Shown here: piece after piece, positions 34,343 to 52,467 of the stretch
Layout: every line of letters begins with the position of its first letter
How positions within the stretch are numbered: position 1 is the stretch's first letter
NCBI RefSeq assembly: GCF_009914755.1
Contig: NC_060926.1
From: the human T2T-CHM13v2.0 reference genome, Homo sapiens
DNA length: 64,000 nt
Reading direction: 5' to 3' (one strand)
The notes under the pieces: generated by a model
Seen by the model: only the letters and a program-made list of their open reading frames with translations
The model's database searches: none
Told to the model about the DNA's origin: nothing
Translations under genes and position numbers: made by a program

Positions 34343-34844
34343 TCCTAGACCTGAAAAAGGAGTACTTTTAGACAAGATACCCCAACAGGCTTGAAATGAG
34401 GAAAAGGTACTAGAGTATCCCATAACATGTGCAAGCCAGACTCATCTGGATCCAGATTAGACGTCTGGACTCTTTCAGACCTTTGTGTTTTCATTTTCCA
34501 TTCATTTTCTAGGTAAAATTTACTACTAAAAGTTCTAATTGTGCTTTGGCTCAAATTAAGAGGAAAAGACTTTTTTCCACATTTCTGCTAGATTAGAAAA
34601 GACTGGATGTGGGGAGGTGGGAAGAAAGGAAGTTAGTGGCGGCAGCTTTTGTACCAAAACCAAGGACTAAGAAATGGAAGGGTTCTGGCACAGAGGGGAA
34701 AGCCAGAAATAAAGTCCAGCTATAGATACTAGAGTCTTCCTTCTACCACACAGCACATCCCAACCTGGCACTGACTCCCAATTGAGGTCCTTAGCAAAAA
34801 CTTAACCCTCTAGGAAGTACTGTTCAGAATGTGGCAGAAGTTCA

Positions 34845-35530
<686 letters not shown>

Positions 35531-36092
35531 GTTTGGTACTGTTTAAGGTAGATCAGGAGGAAAACAGGCAAATACTTGTATAAATGACAGTGAATATTTG
35601 ATGAGTTGAATTGAAATAATTGTCATTACTACCCAAGCAGCAACACCATCCAATTGGCGGCAGCACTGAAACAACAGAAACTCCTAAATTAATAACCAGC
35701 TTCCCTCTGGATGGCTACCTCAATAGCAATTTCCTCGAGTGACAGTAAATATTGTATAAAAACATGAAACATGACAAGGAACAGCTTTTAATTAATGTCA
35801 TGTCTAATTAAATATGATAATGCCACATCAGGCAACTGAAATTATCTATCAGACCCCAATGTCTATTTGGTTTAAAGAAAGTTTTTTTATCAGTAAATAT
35901 TGTAACTGCTAAAATAATTTCATAGGATTGGGTTACAGCATTTTGAATTATTGAGGTATAATTCATTTCAAAGTTAGATGAACACCAAAATGATTTCTCT
36001 TAGACCAGATAGCCTTAAATTAATGCTCAGTAGAAATTTTGAAAATATGTGTTAATGGGCATATGAGAGACTAGATAAAATGTGTAAAAAAG

Positions 36093-37469
<1,377 letters not shown>

Positions 37470-39209
37470 CCCAGCATCTCTTTTAAAACGAAAAGTTATG
37501 GAGTTGAAATATTTGCCCTCACAGGTCCACTATAATGCTAAACATAAGTAATATTACATATGTTCTTTTATTTAATCCTTACGACTAGACAGTAAGGTTG
37601 TGGTTGATTTATTTTACAGATGAAGAAACTGAATCATAAAAATTCAGTACTTATCCAAATTAATACAAGTAGTCTCAAAGAGGTGGAGTTGAGTTACAAA
37701 TTCGAGTCTGCTGGTTCCAAAACCTATCTCTTTCTGCCACTAAGAAACCTTTGGATATAGCTCCTAGGAATCATAAAATGTCCAAAGATATCACAAATCT
37801 GAAAGCTAAAATGTGGAATATCAAGAATTATATTAGATATTAGAAAGAACAGACAACAGGAAAGAGTAAGAGATGAAGTCTGTCCTAAATGAAGATGGAC
37901 TCAGTGTTAGAACCCAGAGACCTGGGGCCAAGCACAGAGGCTTACGCCTATAATTCCAACTCTTTGGGAAGCCAAAGTGAGAGGATCACTTGAGCTGAGG
38001 AATTCAAGACCAACCTGGGCACTATGATGAGACTTCATCTCAAAAGAAAAAGAAAGAAAGGGGGGGGGGGGCGGAGAGAGAGAGAGAGCAAGCAAGCAAA
38101 CAGAGACCCAAAACCCAATATATTCCATAATACCCTTGCAGACTTAGAAACCATTAGCTTGTTAATGTGAGTATGTTATGCTGGAGAAGTATGAGGAACA
38201 GGTATTCTCCTCTTTCCTGTACAGCTGGAAGGAGTTAAGCTGCATAATGTCTCTGAAAGACAATTTGGCATTATGTTATGTGGCAAGATTAAAAGATACA
38301 AATATTCCTTGACCCAGCCATTCCACTTATGGGAATTTACTCACACATTTACATGCAGGAAAAGTAAATACAAGGATAGTAACTGTATACAACAACAAAA
38401 GACTTAGGTGTCTACTGACAGCAGATCAATTAAATATATGATACATTCATTAAATACAATGCTATGTTGCAATTAAAAAACACAAAGGCAGGTCCTCTGA
38501 ATGTGTTGATATGAATAATCTCTAAGTTCTTTTTTTTAAGGCTCATCAAGTGAAGCAGTGGGTAAGTTCTACAATTAAGTGAAAAAAGGAAGGTACTAAA
38601 CAGTGCGTACAGCATGATACTATTTGTCAAAAAATACACATATACATAGATATATATTTGGTCGTATGAAGATATATATACAGTATATACATATATAGCT
38701 TTAAGAATTCACAAGAAGCTGATATTGGTAGTTGCTTTGCAAAAGGAAAAGGAGGGACTAGGGAACGGGGTAGAAAGATCTATTTTTTCACTGTATACAC
38801 TTAAATGCTGTTTGAAATGTTTGCCTTTTTCAAGAATTACTCATTCAAAAAAATTAAATGAAAACGATCACAAGAATGAGTTACAAACAAAAATTATGAC
38901 TGTGTGACCTTACAGACATACACACAAGCCTGAAATAGTATCCACCTACATCCTTACCCGTGTCCACTGGCTCTAACTTTTTCCATATAAAGCTCTCTCA
39001 GGTTCAGGCGTTTCCCTAGGAGGGCATTCTTCTTTTAATGATGAGTATTTTATTTTAACTTAAAGCACAATTGTTCATGAATTGCTCAAATCTAATTTCT
39101 TCCTATGGCAAACCAAGACTCATCCCTCCCTAAACACTGTTGTCTCTTTCCTTTAATGTAGTTCCCCAATTAGAGAAATTTGCCTAGAATAGCTAGTTTT
39201 TCTTTACAT

Positions 39210-39400
39210 ACTTTTATATTATATTGTATTATATATATTATATAATATATCATACATTATATTATACCATTACATATTATACTAATATAGATTAATATAA
39301 CATATAATATATGTTAATATATTATATATTATTATATTACATATATTTATATATTAATCTATAATATAGATATACTATATAATTGTAATATCATTATATT
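39210..39400. repeat. AT-rich low-complexity tract
   Basis: Degenerate (TA)n/(TATAT)n. Confidence 0.85.
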
Positions 39401-40006
39401 AGTGTTCCTTACTGTATTCTTTTGAAAGAAGAAACTATTAGAGCCCATCAGCCTCCAAGGAGAACTGTCTCCACAATCACACTACATATTCCGCATTTCT
39501 AGGTCCATGTAATGCAAAATGAGATTAGCTATTGCTAGGGATTCCCAAAGGCCGCCCAAATGGTTTGGTCCCAGAACAAACATTATTGAGGAAACACTGC
39601 CCCCTGGTGTTACTTAGAAAGTTGAAATGTTTTAAACGAAATAAAGTATGGGATGGGGCCAGGCTCCTGCTTGTAATCCCAACACCTTGGGAGGCCAAGG
39701 CAGGAGGATTGCTTGAGGTGAGGAATTCGAGACCACCCTGGTCAACACAGAGAGACCCCCCATCTCTACAAAAAATTTTTTTTAATTTTATTTATTTTTT
39801 TAATTTTATTTTTTAAATTTATTAAATTTTATTTATGTATTTTTATTTGCAAGATGGAAAAGTTCACAAGAAATTAATTTAAAATAAACAAATGTGAGTA
39901 TATGCTAAGTACTGTTGATAGACCTTAGAAGTTAATAAATGAATAAGTAATTCTCTCAGCACTCAGTTCTAGTTTTACCGGGCTCCAGATCAAAAATAAA
40001 CATCAG

Positions 40007-40643
<637 letters not shown>

Positions 40644-41777
40644 AACATCAGCAAACAATTTCTCAAGAAGTCTTTCTATCCAGTCATCTATTGATGCCAA
40701 AGCATCACATCCCCTGTGGGAAACTAAAGAAGAGAGAAAAAAATGATGTCCTCTTGTCTTCAGATCCCTCTGCTAACAATCTATACTTTTAGGCTTCCCA
40801 AAGAAGACCCTGTCCCCTAAGTGCTACTGACTAAAACTGTGTCTGTTATTCCAGAAAACTAGTCTTTAACGTCCACTCTTAATTTCTAATAAAATCTCCT
40901 GGGAAATATAAAGCTATGAGTGAGTAGAGGATATTATCCCCCTAGTCTCTGAAAATGAGGCTTTGGACCAGACTAATCTGGGATTCAAATTCCAACTCAT
41001 TTATTCATAAGCTGATGGCTTTGGACAAGTTATTTTCAATCTCAGTATTCTACTCTGAAAAACAAGGATAACAGTACTTATCCTGAAGGAGAGTTGTGAG
41101 GATTAAATGATGAGATAATGTTTAGAAAGGTATCTAACACTGGTACATATTCTATCCTGTTGCCAGAATAATCTTGATAAACCACGAATTGGATCATGTT
41201 AAATTCCTGTTTAAAGTTTTTCAGTGAATCCTGTTGCCTTTGAGATAAAATCCAAACTCATTAGAATCCTTCAAGATCCACTGCCTCCCTCATTTCTCAT
41301 GCCTTCCTATCTACACAGCAGTCATGAAGTTCCCGAACTTGCTCCTCACTTACACATCTCTACATCTCTTGCCTACAATGATTTTTCTATTTATTTTCTC
41401 CTACTCATCTTCAAAACTTAGCTCAGTAACAGTCTCTTCAAAGAGGTTTTCTCCAATCCTCAACCATCCAGGGTCTACCTCAAAGAACCTATCATACTTT
41501 ATCATAATTTCCTGTTTGTCTGTCTTCTCACTAGATTATGAACTCCAGGAAGAGGCTATATTGTTTTAGGTCTGGATAACCAACAATTAGCCCATTGTAG
41601 ATGCTTTTAAAATGCTGAATAAATTAATTAATGAATAAAGACACTCAGTACTCTGCTCCTTTTGCAAGGAAAGGATTTAACAGTCAAGAATCCTTTTTGC
41701 CTTCTGTTTAGTCAAGGGAAGTTTTCTGATTGGAGAAGAATTTCAAACAAGGTTTGCAAAAAAAATAAAAGCACCTA

Positions 41778-42050
<273 letters not shown>

Positions 42051-42338
42051 CTAAAGAGAGAGCAGTGGTACAGAGTAACGGTGCTAAAAGGAAACTAATT
42101 CCCTCATAAGTAACAGCAAAGGAAAGCCCTGGTTAACACGAAGGCAATGGACATGAGAGGAAGGGGAGAGAAGATAAAAACATCACAAGGGGAAAGAAGA
42201 AAACAAAAAGAAGAGAGTCACAAAGACCAATTGGCCTACTTCACAATTCTGCCTTGGGCAAGATTAAATCACAAAAGGCCTATCTAGATCAAATAATATA
42301 TTCATTATCATGCATAGGGTAGGGAAACTAACTTTCTT

Positions 42339-42396
<58 letters not shown>
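42339..42396. repeat. Compound (TC)n(AC)n microsatellite in NHEJ1 intron 2
   Basis: Direct reading. Confidence 0.95.
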
Positions 42397-42399
<3 letters not shown>

Positions 42400-42507
42400 G
42401 ATTCCAGGCAGAAGTACAGGTAGAAGTACAGGACATTAACTGGAATTGTCTCAACCCGATTCAACCTTCCTTGGGAAACTACAGGCCAGCAAGCTGGTTG
42501 ATGTTCA

Positions 42508-42738
<231 letters not shown>

Positions 42739-43871
42739 TTAGTAAAGAGCCTCAGGGTCATGCTGGCCTAGGGAGGGCACCACCCAAACCAGTCTGTATC
42801 AACTAAAATCTCATGAAAATCCTCCCTGATACAATAGAAGGCATGGATTTACGTTCTCCCAGTATACAACCAGCTGAGCACTGACTTTACTACCTCCTGG
42901 CCACTAAAAGTATATTTAAAATCTTGAGGGTTTTTTTTTTCCCATATTACATTCCTAGAGGACAGAAAATCTTTCTTCCATAGTGTTTAAACCTCAGCAT
43001 ATTGCTGTTAGTATTTCTGCTTTCTAATACTATAACATAACGTGGAAACCTAAACCCTTCTTGTTCCATCTTTATCACATTCCTAATAAATATGTCACTC
43101 CTATCCTTTCCCAGAACTAGAAGAGAAGGAATAGTTCTTGTCTTATAAAACATCATAAGTCATAGTGTCAGGGCCAGGAAATTCGAAGTATTTGATCATT
43201 ATCTAAAAACAAAGTTTAGGAAGCTCTCAGGATTTTTTTTAAAATCCCTAAAACAGGTTCTTAATCTAGAGTCAATGCATGTGAATCCTCTAGAATTATA
43301 TGAAAATGTTATGTGTACACGCATATATGCATGGGGAGGGGGAAGAGGTCTACAGCTATCATCAAACTCTCAGGGATCGATGACACAAAAAAGAGCTAAG
43401 AACCTGTGTCCAGGAGCAACAGAAAAGACCTAAATTTCATTTCAACAAAAACCAGAATGACTAGGAAATCATGAATACAAGGCAGAGCACATCACAGAGG
43501 TAAAGACTGAATTAACTTCCACTTAACTCATCCTCCACATTCCCACTCCAGTGCACTGCCACCAATGACAACATGCCCAGCCTGGAACCCCTGCAAAACA
43601 ACTTTTCTATCTCAGCAGCTAAAGTAGTAGGCTTAACCTAGTAGACAATCAGAACTACGGCTGCTTGACAGAGAATGTGATTGTTTTTCCTGTGGGGGAG
43701 AAAAAAATATGTCAATTTCCTTCATTATTCCAGTCTACAAATATAAAATGAACAGAAGTACCAGGAAGGAAAAATTTAGAATGTAAATAATGAAATTCCT
43801 TATTAAGTCTGATTAACACAGTCATTTCCCCTAGCTTTTGAAGTGTGCCCTTGTGACTTGTGACATAACTT

Positions 43872-44039
43872 TATATATATATATATGCATATATATATAT
43901 GCATATATATGCATATATATATATATGCATATATATGCATATATATGCATATATATATATGCATATATATGCATATATATATATATGCATATATATGCAT
44001 ATATATGCATATATATATATGCATATATATACATATATG
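43872..44039. repeat. (TA)n tract punctuated by GC (ATATGCATAT units) with a 60-bp higher-order period
   Basis: 43921-43970 is identical to 43981-44030; the units are self-complementary. Confidence 0.95.
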
Positions 44040-44569
44040 TGGTGATCTTTCTTTATGGCATCCTCAAAGCCTTGTGTTTGGAGGATGGTGTTTCCGTCAC
44101 ATTTCCCACATGCTGCTCTTATGGGGACAGAAGTGGTCATGGGATGATTAAGCTAGTCCTAGCCGGACAAGAGCTCCACAATGCCAAAGGTCACAAACGC
44201 GAATAAAGTCGCCAAACACTTTCATCTCCCTTATAGGCACTCCCCAGTGTACTCTTAACAGTTGCCAAAATTGGGTTTACTATTCTAGCCCATTCCTTCG
44301 GAAAGCCCGGAAGCTCAGAACCCTCAAATTGATGGGTTTTGTTTGTCTGTTTGGTAAAGGGGGAGGAGTTTAAAATGTGGCCAGGAGTAACGGGCCCTAT
44401 AAAAAGGCCTGACACATTGGGCACCAGACCCCGGCTGCCTGCTCCCACCACACGCGTCCCGTTCTGCGTCCGAAGCTTCTACACTTCATCCTTTTCTTTT
44501 TTCCTTCAAGGCTGCCTCTAACATTCACATTAACGAGATTCACGGGTTTATTTCTCTTGAGTGGAGGGG

Positions 44570-45490
44570 CGCTGAGCGGCATCCCGGCGGAGGGGTCCCT
44601 TGAGAACCTTTATCTGCACCGAGTCCGCTCCTCAGCAGTGACCCCTCTGGGCAGTTCCTCCGACGCCCTGCAGAGGGCAGTAGAGGCCCAGAGAGCATCC
44701 CGGCTGGGCCCCGCCCGGTCCCCCTGGGACAGCGCGAACCCTAGGTCCCACCACAACCATAGCCCCACCCCAGGAGCCGCCAGGCGTCCCGCTTCCACCC
44801 GCCCCAGCTAGAACAGCCTTCGCCGTCCGCCTTCCCATTTCTACAGCACTGGCTGCACTGGGGCGCGGCTTCAAGGGGCAACAAAGCCGGCCACCAGCGG
44901 CTTCGTCGCACCAAACAGGCGACCAACGAGTACCTTCACTCGAGCCCTACCATCCACGCCGGGCAGCAGCCAGCGGACTGCGCACGCGCGGCCCCGCCCA
45001 CCCCTCCCCTGGAGGCCTGCCCTGGACCCCGGCAGCGCGCGCTCCCTCCAGGGAGAAAAGGCCAGCGCCAGGGCCAACCCGCAGCGTCTGAGCAGCCCCT
45101 CGCTGGCTTGCTCCTGCCCGGACTCGAACGCGATTCCACCTACCGTCAGCGGCCGCGAGAGCGCCCACTCTCTTAGCCGCACGCACGCTTTCCTGCCCGC
45201 TCGCGCAAACCGAAAGGCCTAGAGTAAGAGGCCGCTTTCCCCCCACCGCAAGAGGAGGCAGGGTCTTGGGATACAGGGGCGGGGCCTATGCCTGGCGTGG
45301 GCGGGGCTTCTGGGCCTGGGACACTGATGAGAGGAGCGCCCCAGTGGCCAGGGTAAGTGGAGGAGAGGCCGGGCAGCCGGCTAGTAGAAGGGTAGTGGCG
45401 CGTCTTGGAGTCACGCTGGCCGAGTGGAAAGAATAGCGGGCGAGGCGCAGGAGAGGGGAGCCCAGGTTTGGATTTGTCAAACTTGAGTCA
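44570..45490 (-). promoter_or_regulatory. NHEJ1: NHEJ1 CpG-island promoter
   Basis: High CpG density; GC boxes at 45276-45285 and 45298-45307; TGAGTCA at 45484-45490. Confidence 0.85.
45144..45265 (-). other. NHEJ1: NHEJ1 non-coding exon 1 (5' end approximate)
   Basis: Donor GACG|gtaggt inside the CpG island; splicing to exon 2 gives GCTGACG-ATGG, a strong Kozak context. Confidence 0.75.
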
Positions 45491-45914
45491 CTTCTCTTCC
45501 CTCCCCTACCTATCCGGTCTCTTTTTAACAAAATAAGGGATTGAACTTCTGTAGATGATCTCTCAGGTCCTCCACCAGCACTAGAGTTGTTGAAGGAAGG
45601 AGTCTCCCAGGCATAAGTCCCATAGTCCGACCTCATCCTTTACCTCTCCTGCTTCATTTCTCCATCATCCCCGTACTTATACTCCCTCACTACTGAGAAA
45701 TTTGAAACCCCTCACCTATCTTGGACTTTGTACAACCCATGGCTTTGCTCAAGCTGGACCCCGAACCTGAAAACTTCTCTGCATCCATTTTCCAAAACCA
45801 AAAATCCTCATTTGTCAAGGCCATCCTCATTGCTTCTTGCATAAAGCCTTTCCCACTGTCCCCAATCAGAATTCATTATCCCTTCCTCTTTGCTCCCACG
45901 GCATTATTTTAATC

Positions 45915-45920
45915 TTTATT
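45915..45920 (-). terminator. SLC23A3: Likely SLC23A3 polyadenylation signal AATAAA
   Basis: TTTATT on + strand ~410 nt after the stop codon, with an adjacent ATTAAA. Confidence 0.65.
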
Positions 45921-46332
45921 ACAGACTGCTTTCTGCTTTGCATTTTCGTTAGTAATTACAAAGGTCTTTTTAAACCGTAAATGCCTTGAGACGGCATGGA
46001 CCCTGTCTTATCCCTGTAGTTCCAGGACCTTGCACATGGGAGATGCTCAGTAAGTATTAAAGTGAATGCTTGGGTTCAAGTGGCATTGATAGTACACAGG
46101 CAAAATCTCAATCATTCATGGTCCACTAAATCATGGCCTCTGCTCTGGAACAGTTAGGCCTAATTAAGACAAGGAAAGGCAACCCACCCTATTGGGAAAT
46201 GGAACCTCTAGACAGTCCCATGTAATACACACACACATATCCTCTGCCTACAAGAAAGAACAGTTTGGGAGCTGACTCTCCAGCAGATGAGAGTTAGGGC
46301 TAAATTAACCAGGGCAGAAGTAGGCGTTCTGG

Positions 46333-46628
46333 TCATTTCTGGGACCTAAACCCTTCTCTGCTAGATTCAGGGCATGGCTCCCCTGAGCCAGGCAGCAAGT
46401 CTGCCATCTCTTCTGGCTCAGAGGAGCCTCCTTCCTCATCCCCAGGGTCTTCAGGCAGTGGGCAGAGGCAGTGGAGAGGCTGGGGGATGCAGGGACAGAG
46501 GTTTTGGATGGGGAAAGGAAGTCTGTACACTTGAGCAGCCTTCTCCCTGGGCTTCTGAGGCATTCGAGCCTCTTGGGCAGTGAAAGGAGATGGTAGCCCT
46601 TGACCTAGGCCTCGCTCAAGCTGTGTGC
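46333..46628 (-). CDS. SLC23A3: SLC23A3 exon 12 (last coding; ...EGFRSQK*)
   Basis: ttttgcag|GC; TGA at 46335-46333; all exons sum to 1833 nt = 610 aa. Confidence 0.93.
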
Positions 46629-46722
46629 CTGCAAAAGAGAGGTTTGTCAGGCTATTGCCCATCCCAGGGAGGGATGGCTTCCTGGCCACTCCCCAGTCTG
46701 CTAGGGCCTAGCCTCAACTTAC

Positions 46723-46818
46723 CAGGAATCGTGTTCTCTAGTAGGAAGCCTGAGAGTCCAGCCAGGAAGATGGGCTGTGTCAGCAGTGAGTGCAGTAATA
46801 CATCCAAGGGGCTCCAGC
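46723..46818 (-). CDS. SLC23A3: SLC23A3 exon 11 (WSPLDVLLHSLLTQPIFLAGLSGFLLENTIP)
   Basis: catag|GC...CTG|gtaagt; FLLENTIPG resembles the SVCT xLDNTIPG motif. Confidence 0.93.
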
Positions 46819-47129
46819 CTATGAAGAGTTGGGGCCAGGCAGGAAGGGAACTCTGATCCTATATCCAAGCCCAGGAGTCTTACCCTCCCAGACCTAAACC
46901 TAAGCCTTGGACTAAGGACAGATCTTTCTGAATTGTCATTTCATCCCTCTCACCCTTTGTCTTTCTACTCTCCACTTTCCAAATCCAGGCCTTTCCCACA
47001 GGATTCCTGCTCAACACCCTGTGTTCTGATCATCCACACACCCTCCATATATGCTTTGACTATTCCAGGTTCCCTTTCTCTAGAAAGCGTAATATTTAAG
47101 CCCCAACCTCATCTCCCATTTTTTACCCT

Positions 47130-47366
47130 CTATGCTCTATCCTGGGTTTTTCAACCTCAGTCCTACTGACATCTTGGACCAGATAATTCTTTGTTGGGGG
47201 TGGTGGTGCAGGGGGGATGTCCTGTACAGTGTAGGATGTTTAGCAGCATCTTTCTATCCACTAAACCCTAGTAACAACTCCCTCTTCCTCCATTTGTAAC
47301 AGCCAAAAATGTCTCCAGACATTGCCAAATGTCCCCATGGGGGCAAAATCACCCAGTTGAGAACTG
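47130..47366. mobile_element. MER20-like DNA transposon fossil
   Basis: ttttcaacctcag...aaatgtctccagacattgccaaatgtcccc...agttgagaac. Confidence 0.7.
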
Positions 47367-47811
47367 GGTGAGACAAATTAAGCAATTTACTGCTCTCAGG
47401 ACATATCCTAAGACTTCCCACTTCTGTGTCTTTGCATAAATGATGGTTCCTCCATCAGGAATGACCTTCTTCTCACCAAAGATGTTTAAAACTTACCATC
47501 CTTCAAGACCAGCTCTGTTACTGGATCACCTCAAACAGAAGCTATCTCTCTTGCCACTGAGCACTGTAGCTCTTTATCTGAACCTTTCCTGTTATTTTCC
47601 TACACATCTCATCTCTTGTACTACGCTGTAATAACGGAAGGCATCTTTGTATTCCAAATGGCTAGCATAGTGCTCAATAAATATCTGTTAAACAAATGGA
47701 TGAAGTATTTACACCAAAGCCCAGAGAAGGCTGTGGGGCCAGGAGTCCGGGCAGCCTGAAGCCTCAACTTGCTTTCCTGCTACTGAGCAACGCCTCTTCC
47801 CTTCCACCTAC

Positions 47812-47979
47812 CTGTGCTGAACAGGACTGGGGCTTCCCGAAACCATCTTGGCAGCAGCAAGGCCATGAAGATGGAGAAGCCCACAATGAAGATATTTCGC
47901 CCAGAGTCTATGTCAGCCAGGTAGAAGCTGGAGAATCCAGCAGACAAAACCACAGCCTGGGTCACCCCCAGCACCCCAC
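47812..47979 (-). CDS. SLC23A3: SLC23A3 exon 10 (GVLGVTQAVVLSAGFSSFYLADIDSGRNIFIVGFSIF...)
   Basis: gacag|GT...CAG|gtaggt; SxRN motif of the NAT/SLC23 family. Confidence 0.94.
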
Positions 47980-48095
47980 CTGTCTCATACAGAAGAAATC
48001 AAGGGGGTCAGGAGGAGTCAAGGGGGCTCACATAGCATGGAGTATTGCAGGGCAAGCAGGTTGTAATGGGAAACAAATAAAACCCAAGAGAATGA

Positions 48096-48425
48096 TTTTT
48101 GTTTTTTTTGTTTTTTTGTTTTTTTGGTTTTTTTTTGAGAGCAAGTCTCACTGTAACGCCCAGCCTGGAGTGCAGTGGTGCAATCTCGGCTCACTGCAAC
48201 CTCCGCTTCCTACTCCCGGATTCAAGCGATTTCTCCTGCCTCAGCCTCCCGAGTAGCTGGGATTACAGGCATGTGCCACCACGCCCAGCTAATTTTTGCA
48301 CTTTTAGTAGAGACAGGGTTTCATCATGTTGGCCAGGCTGATCTCGAACTCCTGACCTCAAGTGATCTGCCTGTCTGGGCCTCCCAAAGTGCTGGGATTA
48401 CAGGTGTGAGCCACCACGCCCAGCC
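48096..48425 (-). mobile_element. Alu SINE
   Basis: Reverse Alu in SLC23A3 intron 9. Confidence 0.9.
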
Positions 48426-48656
48426 TGAGGCTGATTTCTGATTCTTCAGGAAGCCCAGAAGCCCAATCAAGAGAAGACCAAAATGTTGGGCTGAGAAATT
48501 GAGGCTGACACATGCTCATATCCATCCATCCATCCATCCATCCACCCATCCATCCAGGAAAGCTATTTAGAAGGAAAGGGTGCCATCCTAAAGAACTGAT
48601 CGGGCCACACTGGGGAGTAGCAGTTCAATACCAGCCCTGTTGATACATCCACTCAC

Positions 48657-48762
48657 CAACAACAGGCAGTGGGATGGTGGTGAGGAGCTGAGCCAACCTG
48701 GGGGAGAGTCCAAGCCCCACGCAGAGTAGCCCCACTAAGTGAGCCACTTGCTGAGATCCAGC
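48657..48762 (-). CDS. SLC23A3: SLC23A3 exon 9 (AGSQQVAHLVGLLCVGLGLSPRLAQLLTTIPLPVV)
   Basis: tgcag|GCT...TTG|gtgagt; IPxPVxGG motif of NAT transporters. Confidence 0.93.
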
Positions 48763-48945
48763 CTGCATGAAGAAAAGACACTGGAAAACACAGCCACTTC
48801 CTCAGACTGTCCCAGGTCTTTGCCTTACTGGTTCCTTCTCATCATTTGGATCCCAGCTCAAATGTTACTCTTCCAAGAAGCCTTCCTGGCCAGTCTATCT
48901 AAACGTGCCTCCTTTCCATCCCACTACCCTGATTTTTTTATATAG

Positions 48946-49282
<337 letters not shown>

Positions 49283-49592
49283 CACTTTTTTAAAAAGATA
49301 CTTTTTTCCTTCAACTGTCTGCCTCTCCCTCTATGAAGTCCCCAAGAGAGCAGAACTTTATGTGACTGGTTCTTTGCCCTAGCCTTGATACAGTGCCTCA
49401 TGCACAGGAGTTCCGTGGTGATTTGTTCACTTCCCCACTCTCTTAGCCCAAAGTCTAATCTTAGGCACCTCCCCAAGTAAGATAGTTGATGTGAGGTGCT
49501 AGGCACACCTGGCAATCAATCGGTGTAAGTTCCTGTCCTTCTTCTTCCCCTCTAGCTCCATCCTACCCCACTCCCATCCCAGGTCCACGTAC

Positions 49593-49846
49593 CTGGATAA
49601 GACCCACTTTGCCCACGTTGGGGAAGCTGGATGCAGTGCCCATGGGGCTTCCCAGCAGCCCGGCCAGCACACTGCCCAGCCCCTCCAGGCTCAGCCCTCG
49701 ACTGCAGGCATGTGGAGGTGGGGGAGGCAAATGCAGCAGCCGGCCACACAGGGCATAGCAGCCCAGGGAACTGGTGGAGGCTGCCAAGGCCATGGAGATG
49801 CCTGCAGCCAGAGCTCTGGGCGTCAGCAAAGGCCAATTCCACTCAC
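49593..49846 (-). CDS. SLC23A3: SLC23A3 exon 8 (EWNWPLLTPR...SSFPNVGKVGLIQ), carries the NAT signature region
   Basis: ccccag|GTG...CAG|gtacgt; within ORF 49563..49868. Confidence 0.94.
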
Positions 49847-50275
49847 CTGGGGAGGGAGAAGAAGCCACTTTGGGGCCAGACTCAAGTCAGGAGTACCCCC
49901 TGCCTCCAACAGCCTGTGCCACAAGAATCCTAGATGCCTCAATGTCTTTGAAGACAATGTCTTGGGACAAAACTACTGAACTCTAAGGAGAAAGACCCAT
50001 GCCTTTACCATGGTCTACAAGGTCCTCTTTGGTCTGGCCCTTCCCTCTCTCTGCAGCCTTATCTCCCAGCACACTCTGCCTCACTTCCTTCATTCCTGCC
50101 ACACTGGCCTTGTTGTAGGCCTTTGTACATGCTGTGCTCCCAGCCACCACAGGGCCTTTGCATATGCAGTTTCCTGCAACTAGAATGCGCTTCCCTCCTG
50201 CCTTTGTCTAGTTAGCTCCTACTCATCTCTTCCATCTCAACTCAGTGGCCACATCCTCAAGAATATCCTTACTTA

Positions 50276-52180
<1,905 letters not shown>

Positions 52181-52352
52181 ACACCTACAGTGAGGGGCTA
52201 GCATTGTCTGTCTCTCAGACTGATAATTTCTCTCTCCTATATGTTTTCAAAAAACACAGGATTTAACTCAGAAATAAAATCCATTAAGTTCTTTGAGTTC
52301 AAATAGATACCTTTATTTGAACAAGAGAATGGAGGACTAGGAGAAAACCTAC

Positions 52353-52467
52353 CTGGGTGAGGCAGCCAAATCCATGGTGCCTTGGTGGGGGCAGACAGTT
52401 CCTGGGGGATAACACTGAATCCCACAAAGGCAGAAACAATCCACACACAGGCCACTGGGATCAGCAC
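52353..52467 (-). CDS. SLC23A3: SLC23A3 exon 7 (VLIPVACVWIVSAF...APWIWLPHP)
   Basis: cctcag|GTG...CAG|gtaggt. Confidence 0.93.

Noticed and set aside
43803-44206. Repetitive YI/HI/CI ORFs on both strands, superficially array-like
   Set aside because: Simple-repeat artefact with no unique spacers, so neither CRISPR-like nor coding
47696-48256. 186-aa + strand ORF
   Set aside because: Antisense shadow of SLC23A3 exon 10 running into an Alu
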